DNA from: Bacilli bacterium
GTDB taxonomy: Bacteria; Bacillota_I; Bacilli_A; RFN20; CAG-826
Length of the DNA: 64,000 nucleotides
NCBI GenBank assembly: GCA_045615605.1
Contig: JAZLFE010000071.1
Coordinates: 2,567-66,566 of the forward strand
Direction: 5' to 3'
The position numbers and the translations under genes were made by a program. Position 1 is the stretch's first letter. Each line of letters begins with the position of its first letter. This document shows positions 46,427 to 54,907 of this stretch, one piece after another. Under the pieces are notes generated by a model. It worked only from the letters and a program-made list of their open reading frames with translations, ran no database searches and was not told the DNA's origin.

Positions 46427-46726
46427 ATGAACATGCAAGCAATGCTAATGCAAGCACAAAAGATTCAAAGAGAAATTCAAAAAGCGAATAATGAACTAAA
46501 CGCTAAAGAATTTGTCGTTGAAAAAGGTGGCGCAGTTAAAGTTACTGTTTTAGGTAGTAAACAAGTTAAGTCTATTGAAATCGACGATAACGCTTTAAAA
46601 GAAGATAAAGAGATGGTTCAAGATATGATTGTTCTAGCGATTAATGAAGCGCAAGAACAAATTCAAGCAGCGAAGGAAGAAATTAATCTTCGCTTAACCG
46701 GAAGAAAAGAAGGATTAGGATTCTAA
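46427..46726 (+). CDS. ybaB: YbaB/EbfC nucleoid-associated protein
   Basis: 99 aa with the YbaB-family pattern (MNMQAMLMQAQKIQ...), located between dnaX and recR. Confidence 0.85.
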   Translation: MNMQAMLMQAQKIQREIQKANNELNAKEFVVEKGGAVKVTVLGSKQVKSIEIDDNALKEDKEMVQDMIVLAINEAQEQIQAAKEEINLRLTGRKEGLGF

Positions 46727-47322
46727 TGAAAGAACTTAAGTCCATTAATCGTTTAGTAGATTCTTTTTCTCGCTTACCTAGTGTAGGAAGAAAAAGCGCT
46801 GAAAGAATGGCATATGCTGTTTTAAATATGGACGTTAAGGATGTAGAAGAATTTTCTAGTGCTTTAGTTGATTTAAAAAAGAAAATTAAACAGTGCCCTA
46901 AGTGTGGTCTATATATAGAAGATGATGAATGCGAGATATGTAATGATAATGATAGAGACCATAGCACTATTATTGTTTTATCTTATGCTAAAGATGCCTA
47001 TAACTTTGAGAAATTAAATTCTTATAAAGGTATGTATCACGTTCTTAATGGAGTGATAAGTGCTATTAAAGGAATAGGAGTAGAAGATTTAAATATTTCT
47101 TCTTTAATCACTCGTATTGATAAAGAGAAAATTAAAGAAGTAATTATTGCTACTGATCCCACTATTGAAGGTGAGACAACTGCATTATATATCGCTAAAT
47201 TATTAGAGAATAAAAATGTCACTGTTACTCGTTTAGCCTATGGTTTACCAATGGGCGGACATATTGATTACGCTGATTCAATGACGATTATGAAAGCATT
47301 AGAAGGAAGGAAAAAGATTTAA
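46726..47322 (+). CDS. recR: recombination protein RecR
   Basis: Zinc finger CPKCGLYIEDDECEIC, Toprim region, 198 aa. Confidence 0.9.
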   Translation: MKELKSINRLVDSFSRLPSVGRKSAERMAYAVLNMDVKDVEEFSSALVDLKKKIKQCPKCGLYIEDDECEICNDNDRDHSTIIVLSYAKDAYNFEKLNSYKGMYHVLNGVISAIKGIGVEDLNISSLITRIDKEKIKEVIIATDPTIEGETTALYIAKLLENKNVTVTRLAYGLPMGGHIDYADSMTIMKALEGRKKI

Positions 47323-47324
47323 TT

Positions 47325-47945
47325 ATGTTTATTACTTTTGAAGGCGGAGAAGGTAGCGGTAAAAGCACCGCAATAAAAGCTATCACTAAATTATTAAAAC
47401 AAGATGGTTATAAAGTTATTTTAACTCGTGAACCAGGCGGACCAAGAATTAGTGAAGAAATTCGTAATGTTATCTTAGATAAAAAGAATACGATGATGGA
47501 CAAAAGAACAGAGGCGTTATTATACGCTGCTAGTCGTAGACAACATTTAGTGGAGACCGTTTGGCCTAACTTAAAAAAAGGTAACATTGTAATTTGTGAT
47601 CGTTATCTAGACTCTTCTTTAGCCTACCAAGGGGGAGCGAGAAAAATTGGTATTGATAATGTTCTTAAAATGAATCACTTTGCTACTGAAGGTACTTATC
47701 CTGATTTAACATTATTATTTGATATTGATCCTAAATTAGGATTATCAAGAATAAATAAAAATAAAGGAAGAGAGGTTAATCGATTAGACTTAGAAAAAAT
47801 ATCATTCCATAACGAAGTTAGAAAACATTTCTTAACTCTTGCGAAACGTTATCCTAAGAGAATTGTTGTGATAGATGCTAGTAAGAATAAAGATCAAATT
47901 GTAAAAGAAATTTATCGCATTATAAAAAAGCGTTTATGCAAATAA
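47325..47945 (+). CDS. tmk: thymidylate kinase
   Basis: P-loop FITFEGGEGSGKST and the DRY motif region (CDRYLDSSLAYQG). Confidence 0.9.
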   Translation: MFITFEGGEGSGKSTAIKAITKLLKQDGYKVILTREPGGPRISEEIRNVILDKKNTMMDKRTEALLYAASRRQHLVETVWPNLKKGNIVICDRYLDSSLAYQGGARKIGIDNVLKMNHFATEGTYPDLTLLFDIDPKLGLSRINKNKGREVNRLDLEKISFHNEVRKHFLTLAKRYPKRIVVIDASKNKDQIVKEIYRIIKKRLCK

Positions 47946-48910
47946 AAGATTATTTAAAAGATAAACAACCATTACTATATAAAATTTTTTTAAATGCGTT
48001 AAATAACAATGAATTATCTCATGCTTATTTAATTGTAGGAGAGACCGGAACTCCACTTAAAGAGACCGCAATCTATTTAGCGAAGTCCTTATTATGTGAT
48101 AACTTATCTCCTTTAGCGTGTGATAGTTGCCCCACTTGTAAAAGAATTGATAATAATCAATACGCGGATTTAATAATTGAAGATGGAGAAGAAAATCAAA
48201 TTAAAAGAGATGATATTAATCGAATTATTGAAACTTTCTCTAAGACGGCAGTAGAAAGTAAAGGAAAAGTTATCTATATCATTCACTTAATTGAAACTTT
48301 ACTACCTACTTCTATTAACGCTTTACTTAAATTCTTAGAAGAACCTGGTAAGAATACTTATGCGATATTAACGACACAAAACGAATCTAGAGTTCTTCCT
48401 ACTATTATCTCTCGAAGCCAAAAATTAGTGCTCCGCTTAACACCTAGAGAAGAAGTTATAAAAGAATGTAGACAAATGGATATCAAACAAGATGATATTG
48501 AACTATTATCTTATTTTTATAATGATCCAAATAAAATAAAAGAAGTTACTAATGAAGAAGACTATACAACTATTAAAGATTGTCTGAATCAATATGTTAA
48601 TAACATTTTAAATAAAAAGGATTTACTCTATATAACCGAGAGTAGCGTGATTAAAAATATTACAACTAAGCAAGACGCTAGAGTTTTCCTAGATATGTTA
48701 ACTAGTGTTTTAGAAGATGTTATAAGAAAGAAAAATGGTGAGAACATATATTTATCAACTTATGATAAAATAATTAATGAATTAGCGAAGAATATGATTC
48801 ATATTGAATCATCCTTATTAGAATTAATAACTCTAAGAAGAAAAATAGATATCAATGTAAGTATTCCTTCAATATTCGAACATTTATCAATATATCTTAC
48901 TAAGGAGTAA
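47936..48910 (+). CDS. holB: DNA polymerase III delta-prime subunit
   Basis: Degenerate AAA+ fold (HAYLIVGETGT), zinc module (CDSCPTCKRI), 324 aa, conserved position after tmk. Confidence 0.8.
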   Translation: MQIKDYLKDKQPLLYKIFLNALNNNELSHAYLIVGETGTPLKETAIYLAKSLLCDNLSPLACDSCPTCKRIDNNQYADLIIEDGEENQIKRDDINRIIETFSKTAVESKGKVIYIIHLIETLLPTSINALLKFLEEPGKNTYAILTTQNESRVLPTIISRSQKLVLRLTPREEVIKECRQMDIKQDDIELLSYFYNDPNKIKEVTNEEDYTTIKDCLNQYVNNILNKKDLLYITESSVIKNITTKQDARVFLDMLTSVLEDVIRKKNGENIYLSTYDKIINELAKNMIHIESSLLELITLRRKIDINVSIPSIFEHLSIYLTKE

Positions 48911-48911
48911 T

Positions 48912-49712
48912 ATGGTAAAAAAATATTTAGTACAAGTAAAATATTCAAAGCTCGAAAAGCCTACTTTATTTGCGACCGATATTGATGATTTAAAAATCGG
49001 TGACCAAGTTTTAATTAACACTGAACGAGGCGAAGAGATGGGAATCGTCGCAAGTGAATCACATAACATTGAGTCATTTACTAGTAAAGTTGATGTCTCT
49101 ACCATTATTGCTCGTCCAACCAAAACCGAAATTCATATCTTTCAAGACAATCTAAAAAGAGCTAAAGAAGCTTTAAAGATTGCTCAAGCGGAAGCAGATA
49201 ATTTAAAACTTGGAATGAATTTCTTAGACGCAGAATATATTTTAGATGCTTCAAAATTAACTTTAATATATACCGCTGAAGGACGTGTTGATTTTCGTGA
49301 ATTATTAAAATTATTAGCGCAAAAATTACATACTAGAATTGAATTCCATCAAATCGGTGCGAGAGATAAAGCGAAAGCTACTGGAGGAATTGGTCCATGT
49401 GGTAGAGCGCTTTGTTGTTTATCTTTCTTAAAGAACTTTGATGGTATTTCCATTAATAGAGCGAAGAATCAACAACTTCCTCTTAATAACGCTAAATTAT
49501 CTGGTTCATGTGGGAAATTAATGTGCTGCTTATTATTTGAGGATGAAACTTACACTCGTGAAGCTAAAGATTATCCTGCTATTGGATCGACCATTAAAAA
49601 AGATAAAGAAACTTATAAAGTCCTTGGATTTAATATTGTTAGTAAAACAATTAAATGCGAAGGAAAAGACGGCATCGTATTTTTAAAGTTAAGTGAAATA
49701 AAGAAAAAATGA
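48912..49712 (+). CDS. ricT: PSP1-domain protein (YaaT/RicT-like)
   Basis: PSP1 C-terminal conserved Cys cluster (GPCGRALCCLSFL...GSCGKLMCCLLFE). Conserved position between holB and rsmI. Confidence 0.75.
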   Translation: MVKKYLVQVKYSKLEKPTLFATDIDDLKIGDQVLINTERGEEMGIVASESHNIESFTSKVDVSTIIARPTKTEIHIFQDNLKRAKEALKIAQAEADNLKLGMNFLDAEYILDASKLTLIYTAEGRVDFRELLKLLAQKLHTRIEFHQIGARDKAKATGGIGPCGRALCCLSFLKNFDGISINRAKNQQLPLNNAKLSGSCGKLMCCLLFEDETYTREAKDYPAIGSTIKKDKETYKVLGFNIVSKTIKCEGKDGIVFLKLSEIKKK

Positions 49713-50560
49713 TACGAAATTCTAATTTTTCTAGTAAAAAACCTATCCTATATTTATTAGCGACACCTATTGGAAATTTAAAAGAAGTTTCTAATAGAAC
49801 GTTAGATATTTTAAAAGAGGTTGATTACATATTTTGTGAAGACACTAGAGTATCTTCTAAACTAGTTAGTTTATGTGGAGTTAAAAAACGTTTTATTTCC
49901 TGTCATGAACATAATGAATCATTCGCTAGTAAAGAGGCAGTACGTTTATTAAAAGAAGGATATAAAGTTGCTTATATGTCAGATGCTGGTATGCCATGTA
50001 TCTCAGATCCTGGTTATATACTAGTAAAAGAATGCTTAAGTAACGATATTAACGTTTCTCCTATTAGTGGTCCTAACGCTGCGCTTAATGCTTTAATCGC
50101 TAGTGGTCTACCAACAGAACATTTCTATTTTCATGGTTTCTTAGATGCTAAAGATAGTGTTAAAAAAGAAGAATTAAGAAACTTATACAAAAGAAAAGAA
50201 ACATTAATCTTTTACGAAGCTCCTCATAGAATTGATAAAACATTAAAATGTTTAAACGAAATATTAGGAAGTAGAAAAGCATGTATCGCGCGTGAGATAA
50301 GTAAAATTCACGAAGAATTTATTCGTGGTAATTTAGAAGAATTTTTATCGTTAGATAAGTCAACTTTAAAAGGTGAGATGGTAATTGTTGTAGAAGGTAA
50401 TAACGAGGAGATTACTGCAATGCCTGAAGAAAAAGAAATCGTTAACTTAATCCGCAACTTTACAAATATGGGTATGTCTACTAAAGACGCAATAAAAAAG
50501 GCAAGCGATTTACTCAACTTGCCTAAGAATAAAGTATATTCAATTTATCATCGTAATTAA
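49709..50560 (+). CDS. rsmI: 16S rRNA (cytidine1402-2'-O)-methyltransferase
   Basis: Tetrapyrrole-methylase fold N-terminus (LYLLATPIGNLKEVSNRTLDILKEVDYIFCEDTR). Confidence 0.85.
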   Translation: MIRNSNFSSKKPILYLLATPIGNLKEVSNRTLDILKEVDYIFCEDTRVSSKLVSLCGVKKRFISCHEHNESFASKEAVRLLKEGYKVAYMSDAGMPCISDPGYILVKECLSNDINVSPISGPNAALNALIASGLPTEHFYFHGFLDAKDSVKKEELRNLYKRKETLIFYEAPHRIDKTLKCLNEILGSRKACIAREISKIHEEFIRGNLEEFLSLDKSTLKGEMVIVVEGNNEEITAMPEEKEIVNLIRNFTNMGMSTKDAIKKASDLLNLPKNKVYSIYHRN

Positions 50561-50913
50561 TGAATACCGACATAGTCGGATACTGGTAATGCAAATGCAA
50601 TACCTTGACCAGGAGTATCAAGTCCCGCTGCTTCATTAATCGCTAATAAAACTTTATCAGTAATATCTACACCAACAATAATCATTACTACTTCTTTTTC
50701 AGGAGTAACAGAGATTCCATAATATTTTTTAAATTGATCACTTCCAGTTCCTCTACCATGGAGAACCGTTCCACCAGTAACGCCAACTTTTCTTGCGGCG
50801 ACCATAACTAAATCAGTAAAACCACGATTAACAATACAGAATATTGCATCCATTATATGTTTGCTTTCTTTTTTCTTTGTCTTATTTTTTTCCATATTTT
50901 GCTGCTCCTCCAA
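50557..50913 (-). CDS. PII-like signal transduction protein (second of tandem pair)
   Basis: PII-like ferredoxin-fold pattern (DAIFCIVNRGFTDLVMVAARKVGVTGGTVLHGRGTGS...MIIVGVDITDKVLLAINEAAG). The true start is probably an internal Met (MDAIF...), which removes the overlap with the upstream gene. Confidence 0.55.
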   Translation of the reverse strand: MEEQQNMEKNKTKKKESKHIMDAIFCIVNRGFTDLVMVAARKVGVTGGTVLHGRGTGSDQFKKYYGISVTPEKEVVMIIVGVDITDKVLLAINEAAGLDTPGQGIAFALPVSDYVGIH

Positions 50914-51319
50914 AATCTGCTAAATATTTATATGCTAAAACACCTGCCATAGATTTAACATCAAAGATAAACATAATTCCTCTACTATCTTTGCTAATTA
51001 AGAAACGCTCCTTAAGAGCCTTTTTAACTTCATTAATTTTCCTTTCATTTATTATTGTTAAAATAACTTCAGTTTGTTGACTTTCTCCACCTAATATATC
51101 AGCGACATACTTTTCTCTAGCGCCTTCAGCGAAGAATAAAGTAGACATCGCTACACCATGTTCGAATAATAAATTATTAACGGCAACACCATGACCTTTT
51201 CTAACCATGATTAAACCCATTTTTAATCTATCAACATTCTTAGGATCAAACTTTCTACGAGAAGTAATAGGTTTAATCTTTCTAATTGTAAATATATTTC
51301 TAAACTTAAACTTGCCCAT
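50882..51319 (-). CDS. PII-like signal transduction protein (first of tandem pair)
   Basis: MGLIMVRKGHGVAVNNLLFEHGVAMSTLFFAEGAREKY...TEVILTIINERKINEVKKAL...GIMFIFDV resembles the PII/DUF970-type fold. An internal start at MGLIMV is possible. Confidence 0.55.
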   Translation of the reverse strand: MGKFKFRNIFTIRKIKPITSRRKFDPKNVDRLKMGLIMVRKGHGVAVNNLLFEHGVAMSTLFFAEGAREKYVADILGGESQQTEVILTIINERKINEVKKALKERFLISKDSRGIMFIFDVKSMAGVLAYKYLADFGGAAKYGKK

Positions 51320-51321
51320 AA

Positions 51322-52833
51322 TTATGCTCCAAAGTGAATAATCCTATTATCGTCTTTCTCCGCGACAAGTTTACGTGCAAGATAAAGGTTGTATTGTTTT
51401 TCTACTGTCGCGTTAAAGCCCAATAATTGAATAACAATTAAAGGCATCATCGCAACAAGAGCGACTGTACCAAATGCTCTAGTCATTAAGAAATGAGAAT
51501 CATCAGGATGTAAATAATTTGCAATACCTAAAGTAAACGGAAGAATAAAGGCACTAGTCATAGGACCACTAGCGACACCACCAGAGTCAAAGGCAATACC
51601 AACATAGATATCAGGAACAGCAAAAGTAAGTGCTAAAGCTAATATGTAGCCAGGAACAATATAATAGAAAATAGAAAAATCATATATGATTCTAATGACC
51701 GATAGCATAACCGCAAGTCCAATACCAGTTGATAAAGCAATTAACATTTTATTTTTAGTAATCATACCATCACTAACTTGTTCTACTTGTTTAACTAAGA
51801 TTTGGACAGCAGGCTCACACAAAACAACAACAATACCTATAATCGCTGAAATAAATAACAATAACCATAATGTATTTTGTTCGGCTAAGTGTCTACCTAC
51901 ATAATCTGCAATCGGAGTAAATGCTCCTTCTACACCAGTTAAGAATAAGATTAATCCTACATAGGTATAAACTAATCCAACTATAATCTTTAAAATTTGA
52001 CCTTTTGGTAAATGAACAAATATCGCATTATAGATAAAGAAGAACAACATAATAGGTGTCATAGCGATGGAGACATTAATTACTTGATTTTTAAACGCTT
52101 CAAAAAGCGCTTCGCCAACAGGAAGTTCAACGATAATATCAGCCTTTGCTTCAATCTTTCTCATAAATAATCCAAAGATTAAAACAACTAATAGTGGACC
52201 AATAGAACAGAACGCTGTTAAACCGAATGAGTCAGCATTAGAGCTTTTACCTGCACGAGTAGTTGCGATACCAACACCTAACGCTAAGATAAATGGAACG
52301 GTAACAGGGCCTGTAGTTACTCCACCACTATCAAACGTTAACGGTATAAAGGTTTCATCAACTAATATTGCTAAAGCAAATATTAAAGCGTAGAAAGCGA
52401 GTAGCCATATCTTTAAACTTTTTTGTAATAAGATTCTTACTACTCCAATAACTAAGAAGATACCAACTCCGATGCCTACAAGGGAAATAAATAAATAAGA
52501 ATTAATTGGTAATCGAGATGCTAACACTGATAAATCAGGTTCAGCGATTGTTACAAATGCGCCGAGTAAAAATACAATAATAATAAGAGCCGTGAAATTC
52601 TTTTGCTTGGTCATATTAGATCCAACAATTTCACCAATTTTACTCATTGCGTTCTCTGTTCCTACTGAGAATAAGGAAACACCAAAGAATAACAATAACG
52701 ATCCAAATAAAAATAATAAATTTTGATTATTATTAAATGGAGTAACTTTCGCTAAATTTAATATTAAAACAATAACAATAACGGGTAAGGTTGATAATAA
52801 AGCATTTAAGAAAGTGCGACCCCATTTCTTCAT
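51322..52833 (-). CDS. DUF1538-family polytopic membrane protein (internally duplicated)
   Basis: 503 aa with about 12 TM helices and two homologous halves carrying G-rich loops (VGTENAMSKIGEIVGSN and TGVEGAFTPIADYVGRH; DSGGVTTGPVTVPFILALGVG and DSGGVASGPMTSAFILPFTLG). Confidence 0.6.
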   Translation of the reverse strand: MKKWGRTFLNALLSTLPVIVIVLILNLAKVTPFNNNQNLLFLFGSLLLFFGVSLFSVGTENAMSKIGEIVGSNMTKQKNFTALIIIVFLLGAFVTIAEPDLSVLASRLPINSYLFISLVGIGVGIFLVIGVVRILLQKSLKIWLLAFYALIFALAILVDETFIPLTFDSGGVTTGPVTVPFILALGVGIATTRAGKSSNADSFGLTAFCSIGPLLVVLIFGLFMRKIEAKADIIVELPVGEALFEAFKNQVINVSIAMTPIMLFFFIYNAIFVHLPKGQILKIIVGLVYTYVGLILFLTGVEGAFTPIADYVGRHLAEQNTLWLLLFISAIIGIVVVLCEPAVQILVKQVEQVSDGMITKNKMLIALSTGIGLAVMLSVIRIIYDFSIFYYIVPGYILALALTFAVPDIYVGIAFDSGGVASGPMTSAFILPFTLGIANYLHPDDSHFLMTRAFGTVALVAMMPLIVIQLLGFNATVEKQYNLYLARKLVAEKDDNRIIHFGA

Positions 52834-52891
52834 AACGACTAATATTTTAATATAATTGGTTTTCTTTTACTAATAGAATTATGATATTTGT

Positions 52892-53443
52892 ATGCCTACT
52901 TATAATTTTGGACAAGAACCTAAACAACCTAAAGAACCAGATAAGAAGAAAAAGATTAAAGTTAATGTGCATTTTAGCACTAATTTATCTTCTAAACCTC
53001 CTGTTAAAGGTTTAATTTTTGGTGCGTTTTTTACTCTTGTTCCTATAATAGCGTTAATACTAATCTATACAGTTTTAAACGACTATCAAGGCTTCGCTAA
53101 AACAGTTGGAGAAATAATAGATATAATTTATGATCGCCCTAGTGACAATCATGAAGTAATAGTTAAATATACAGTCAATAATTTAGTTTATGAAAATCCT
53201 TTAAATGCGTATTCTAGTTCAATGCACAAAGGCGATATGATAAATATTTGGTATAAAATCGATAATCCAAATAATATTAAACTAGATGACACTAAATTAA
53301 CTATTACAATGCCAACAGTTATTTGCAGCGTTATGATTGCATCAGGCGTAGGAATAGAAACTTACTACACTATTCGCTTAATAAAAAATATTAAGTCTAA
53401 TAAGAATGAATTAAATAATAACCCTACTTCTGAGGGAAAATAG
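52892..53443 (+). CDS. hypothetical membrane-anchored protein (DUF3592-like)
   Basis: Basic N-terminus, one TM helix (LIFGAFFTLVPIIALILIYTVL), a beta-rich domain, and a C-terminal second hydrophobic helix. Confidence 0.4.
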   Translation: MPTYNFGQEPKQPKEPDKKKKIKVNVHFSTNLSSKPPVKGLIFGAFFTLVPIIALILIYTVLNDYQGFAKTVGEIIDIIYDRPSDNHEVIVKYTVNNLVYENPLNAYSSSMHKGDMINIWYKIDNPNNIKLDDTKLTITMPTVICSVMIASGVGIETYYTIRLIKNIKSNKNELNNNPTSEGK

Positions 53444-54347
53444 TTTTAAATTCTTTAGGCATAGGAGAATTAAATCTCATAATCTTATGATTATAAGGAT
53501 GAGTGAATTCTAATAAATAAGCATGCAATCCAAGTCGATGAATAGGATTAGATGGCTCTCCATATTTATCATCTCCAATAACATGATGATTGATATGCCC
53601 TAGTTGAACGCGAATTTGATTCTGCCTACCAGTATCAATAGTGATATTTAATAAACTATGATCATCATTCATATTAATAACTTTATAATGCGTGATAGCT
53701 TTCTTACCGTTAACTTTATCGTCAGTAACGTACACTAAATTAATTTTACTTTTCTTAAGGTAATTCACTAATGTGCCTTCGTAGTCTCTCATCTTACCAT
53801 CAACAATAGCGTAGTATCCTCTTTTCTTAACAAGTTTCTGCCATGCTAATTGAAGAGCATCTTTAAGTTTCGCATCTTTCGCGAACACTAAAACTCCAGA
53901 GGTATCTTCATCGAGTCTATGCACAACATAAATACGGTTATGTTTATCACGCAAGGATACATAATCACTAACAAAACGATATGCTGTTCTACGATTTTCT
54001 TTTTCAGTCGCAACGGTTAATAGACCACTAGGTTTATCCACAACAATAAAGTCTTTATCTTCATATAAGATTGGAAAAGGCAATTTATTACTTCTAGTAT
54101 CTTTAAAAGATGTTTTTACAATTTTAACAATATCTTCTTTACTTAATAAATAATCAAATCGAGTAATAGCAACTCCGTTTACTAGCACTTGATGATGTTC
54201 AAGCATCGATTTAATTTTGCCTCTTGGAATTACATTAATATGAGAATATAAAAAATTTAATAAACGATCTTCTCCTGTAATTTTAAATTCAAATAATACC
54301 GGGGAGGAACGATGATGATGTTCAAATCTTCTTTTATTTTTATTCAT
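53424..54347 (-). CDS. RluA-family pseudouridine synthase (RluD-like, S4 domain at N-terminus)
   Basis: Catalytic motif VVHRLDEDTSGVLVFAKD (HRLD..TSG) and an N-terminal S4-like segment. Length 307 aa. Confidence 0.85.
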   Translation of the reverse strand: MNKNKRRFEHHHRSSPVLFEFKITGEDRLLNFLYSHINVIPRGKIKSMLEHHQVLVNGVAITRFDYLLSKEDIVKIVKTSFKDTRSNKLPFPILYEDKDFIVVDKPSGLLTVATEKENRRTAYRFVSDYVSLRDKHNRIYVVHRLDEDTSGVLVFAKDAKLKDALQLAWQKLVKKRGYYAIVDGKMRDYEGTLVNYLKKSKINLVYVTDDKVNGKKAITHYKVINMNDDHSLLNITIDTGRQNQIRVQLGHINHHVIGDDKYGEPSNPIHRLGLHAYLLEFTHPYNHKIMRFNSPMPKEFKTIFPQK

Positions 54348-54715
54348 AATAAAGACGCTTCTTCCTCAACAGCAACAGCATTAATAGTTAATTTCCCAGA
54401 AACTAAATTCCCACCTATAGTTAAAATATCAGTTTCTTCATCATATTCATCAGAACTAATCATAAAAGTAATATCTTCTTCAATGTCACCACGGGCTACT
54501 GTAATACCACCAGTAGATAAACCAACGCTAAGAAAATAACCCTCATCTGGTACTAATTTGATTTTATAAGTTTTTCCCATCATTGCTTTATCTTCAAATT
54601 TTTCATAAGTGCAATTAGTGCAATAAACAACTACATCAAAAGTAATATCATCTACACAAGACGAACAAAAAGGGATAGTAAATAATAACGCTAAAGGAAG
54701 TAATAACCTTTTCAT
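54344..54715 (-). CDS. small lipoprotein, function unknown
   Basis: MKRLLLPLALLFTIPFCSSC is a signal peptide plus lipobox. Length 123 aa. Confidence 0.45.
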   Translation of the reverse strand: MKRLLLPLALLFTIPFCSSCVDDITFDVVVYCTNCTYEKFEDKAMMGKTYKIKLVPDEGYFLSVGLSTGGITVARGDIEEDITFMISSDEYDEETDILTIGGNLVSGKLTINAVAVEEEASLL

Positions 54716-54727
54716 ACTCTATATATT

Positions 54728-54907
54728 CTATCTATTTTTCTTGTGATAGTCTTTAAAAGCTCTTTTTATTTTTTGATATTTGCCAGTAGGACAAGAATCA
54801 CAACCAGTACGATGCTTAATAAAACGAGGATAAATAAACGCAAAGAAAATAATTGAAAGCATAAAGATAGAAACGACCACAACAATTATGATATCGGCAG
54901 CACTCAT
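54728..54907 (-). CDS. FeoB-associated Cys-rich small membrane protein
   Basis: Starting at the internal Met (MSAADIIIVVVVSIFMLSIIFFAFIYPRFIKHRTGCDSCPTGKYQKIK), it has a single TM plus a CxxC motif. It follows directly after the feoB stop. The longer tracked ORF would overlap feoB. Confidence 0.55.
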   Translation of the reverse strand: MSAADIIIVVVVSIFMLSIIFFAFIYPRFIKHRTGCDSCPTGKYQKIKRAFKDYHKKNR

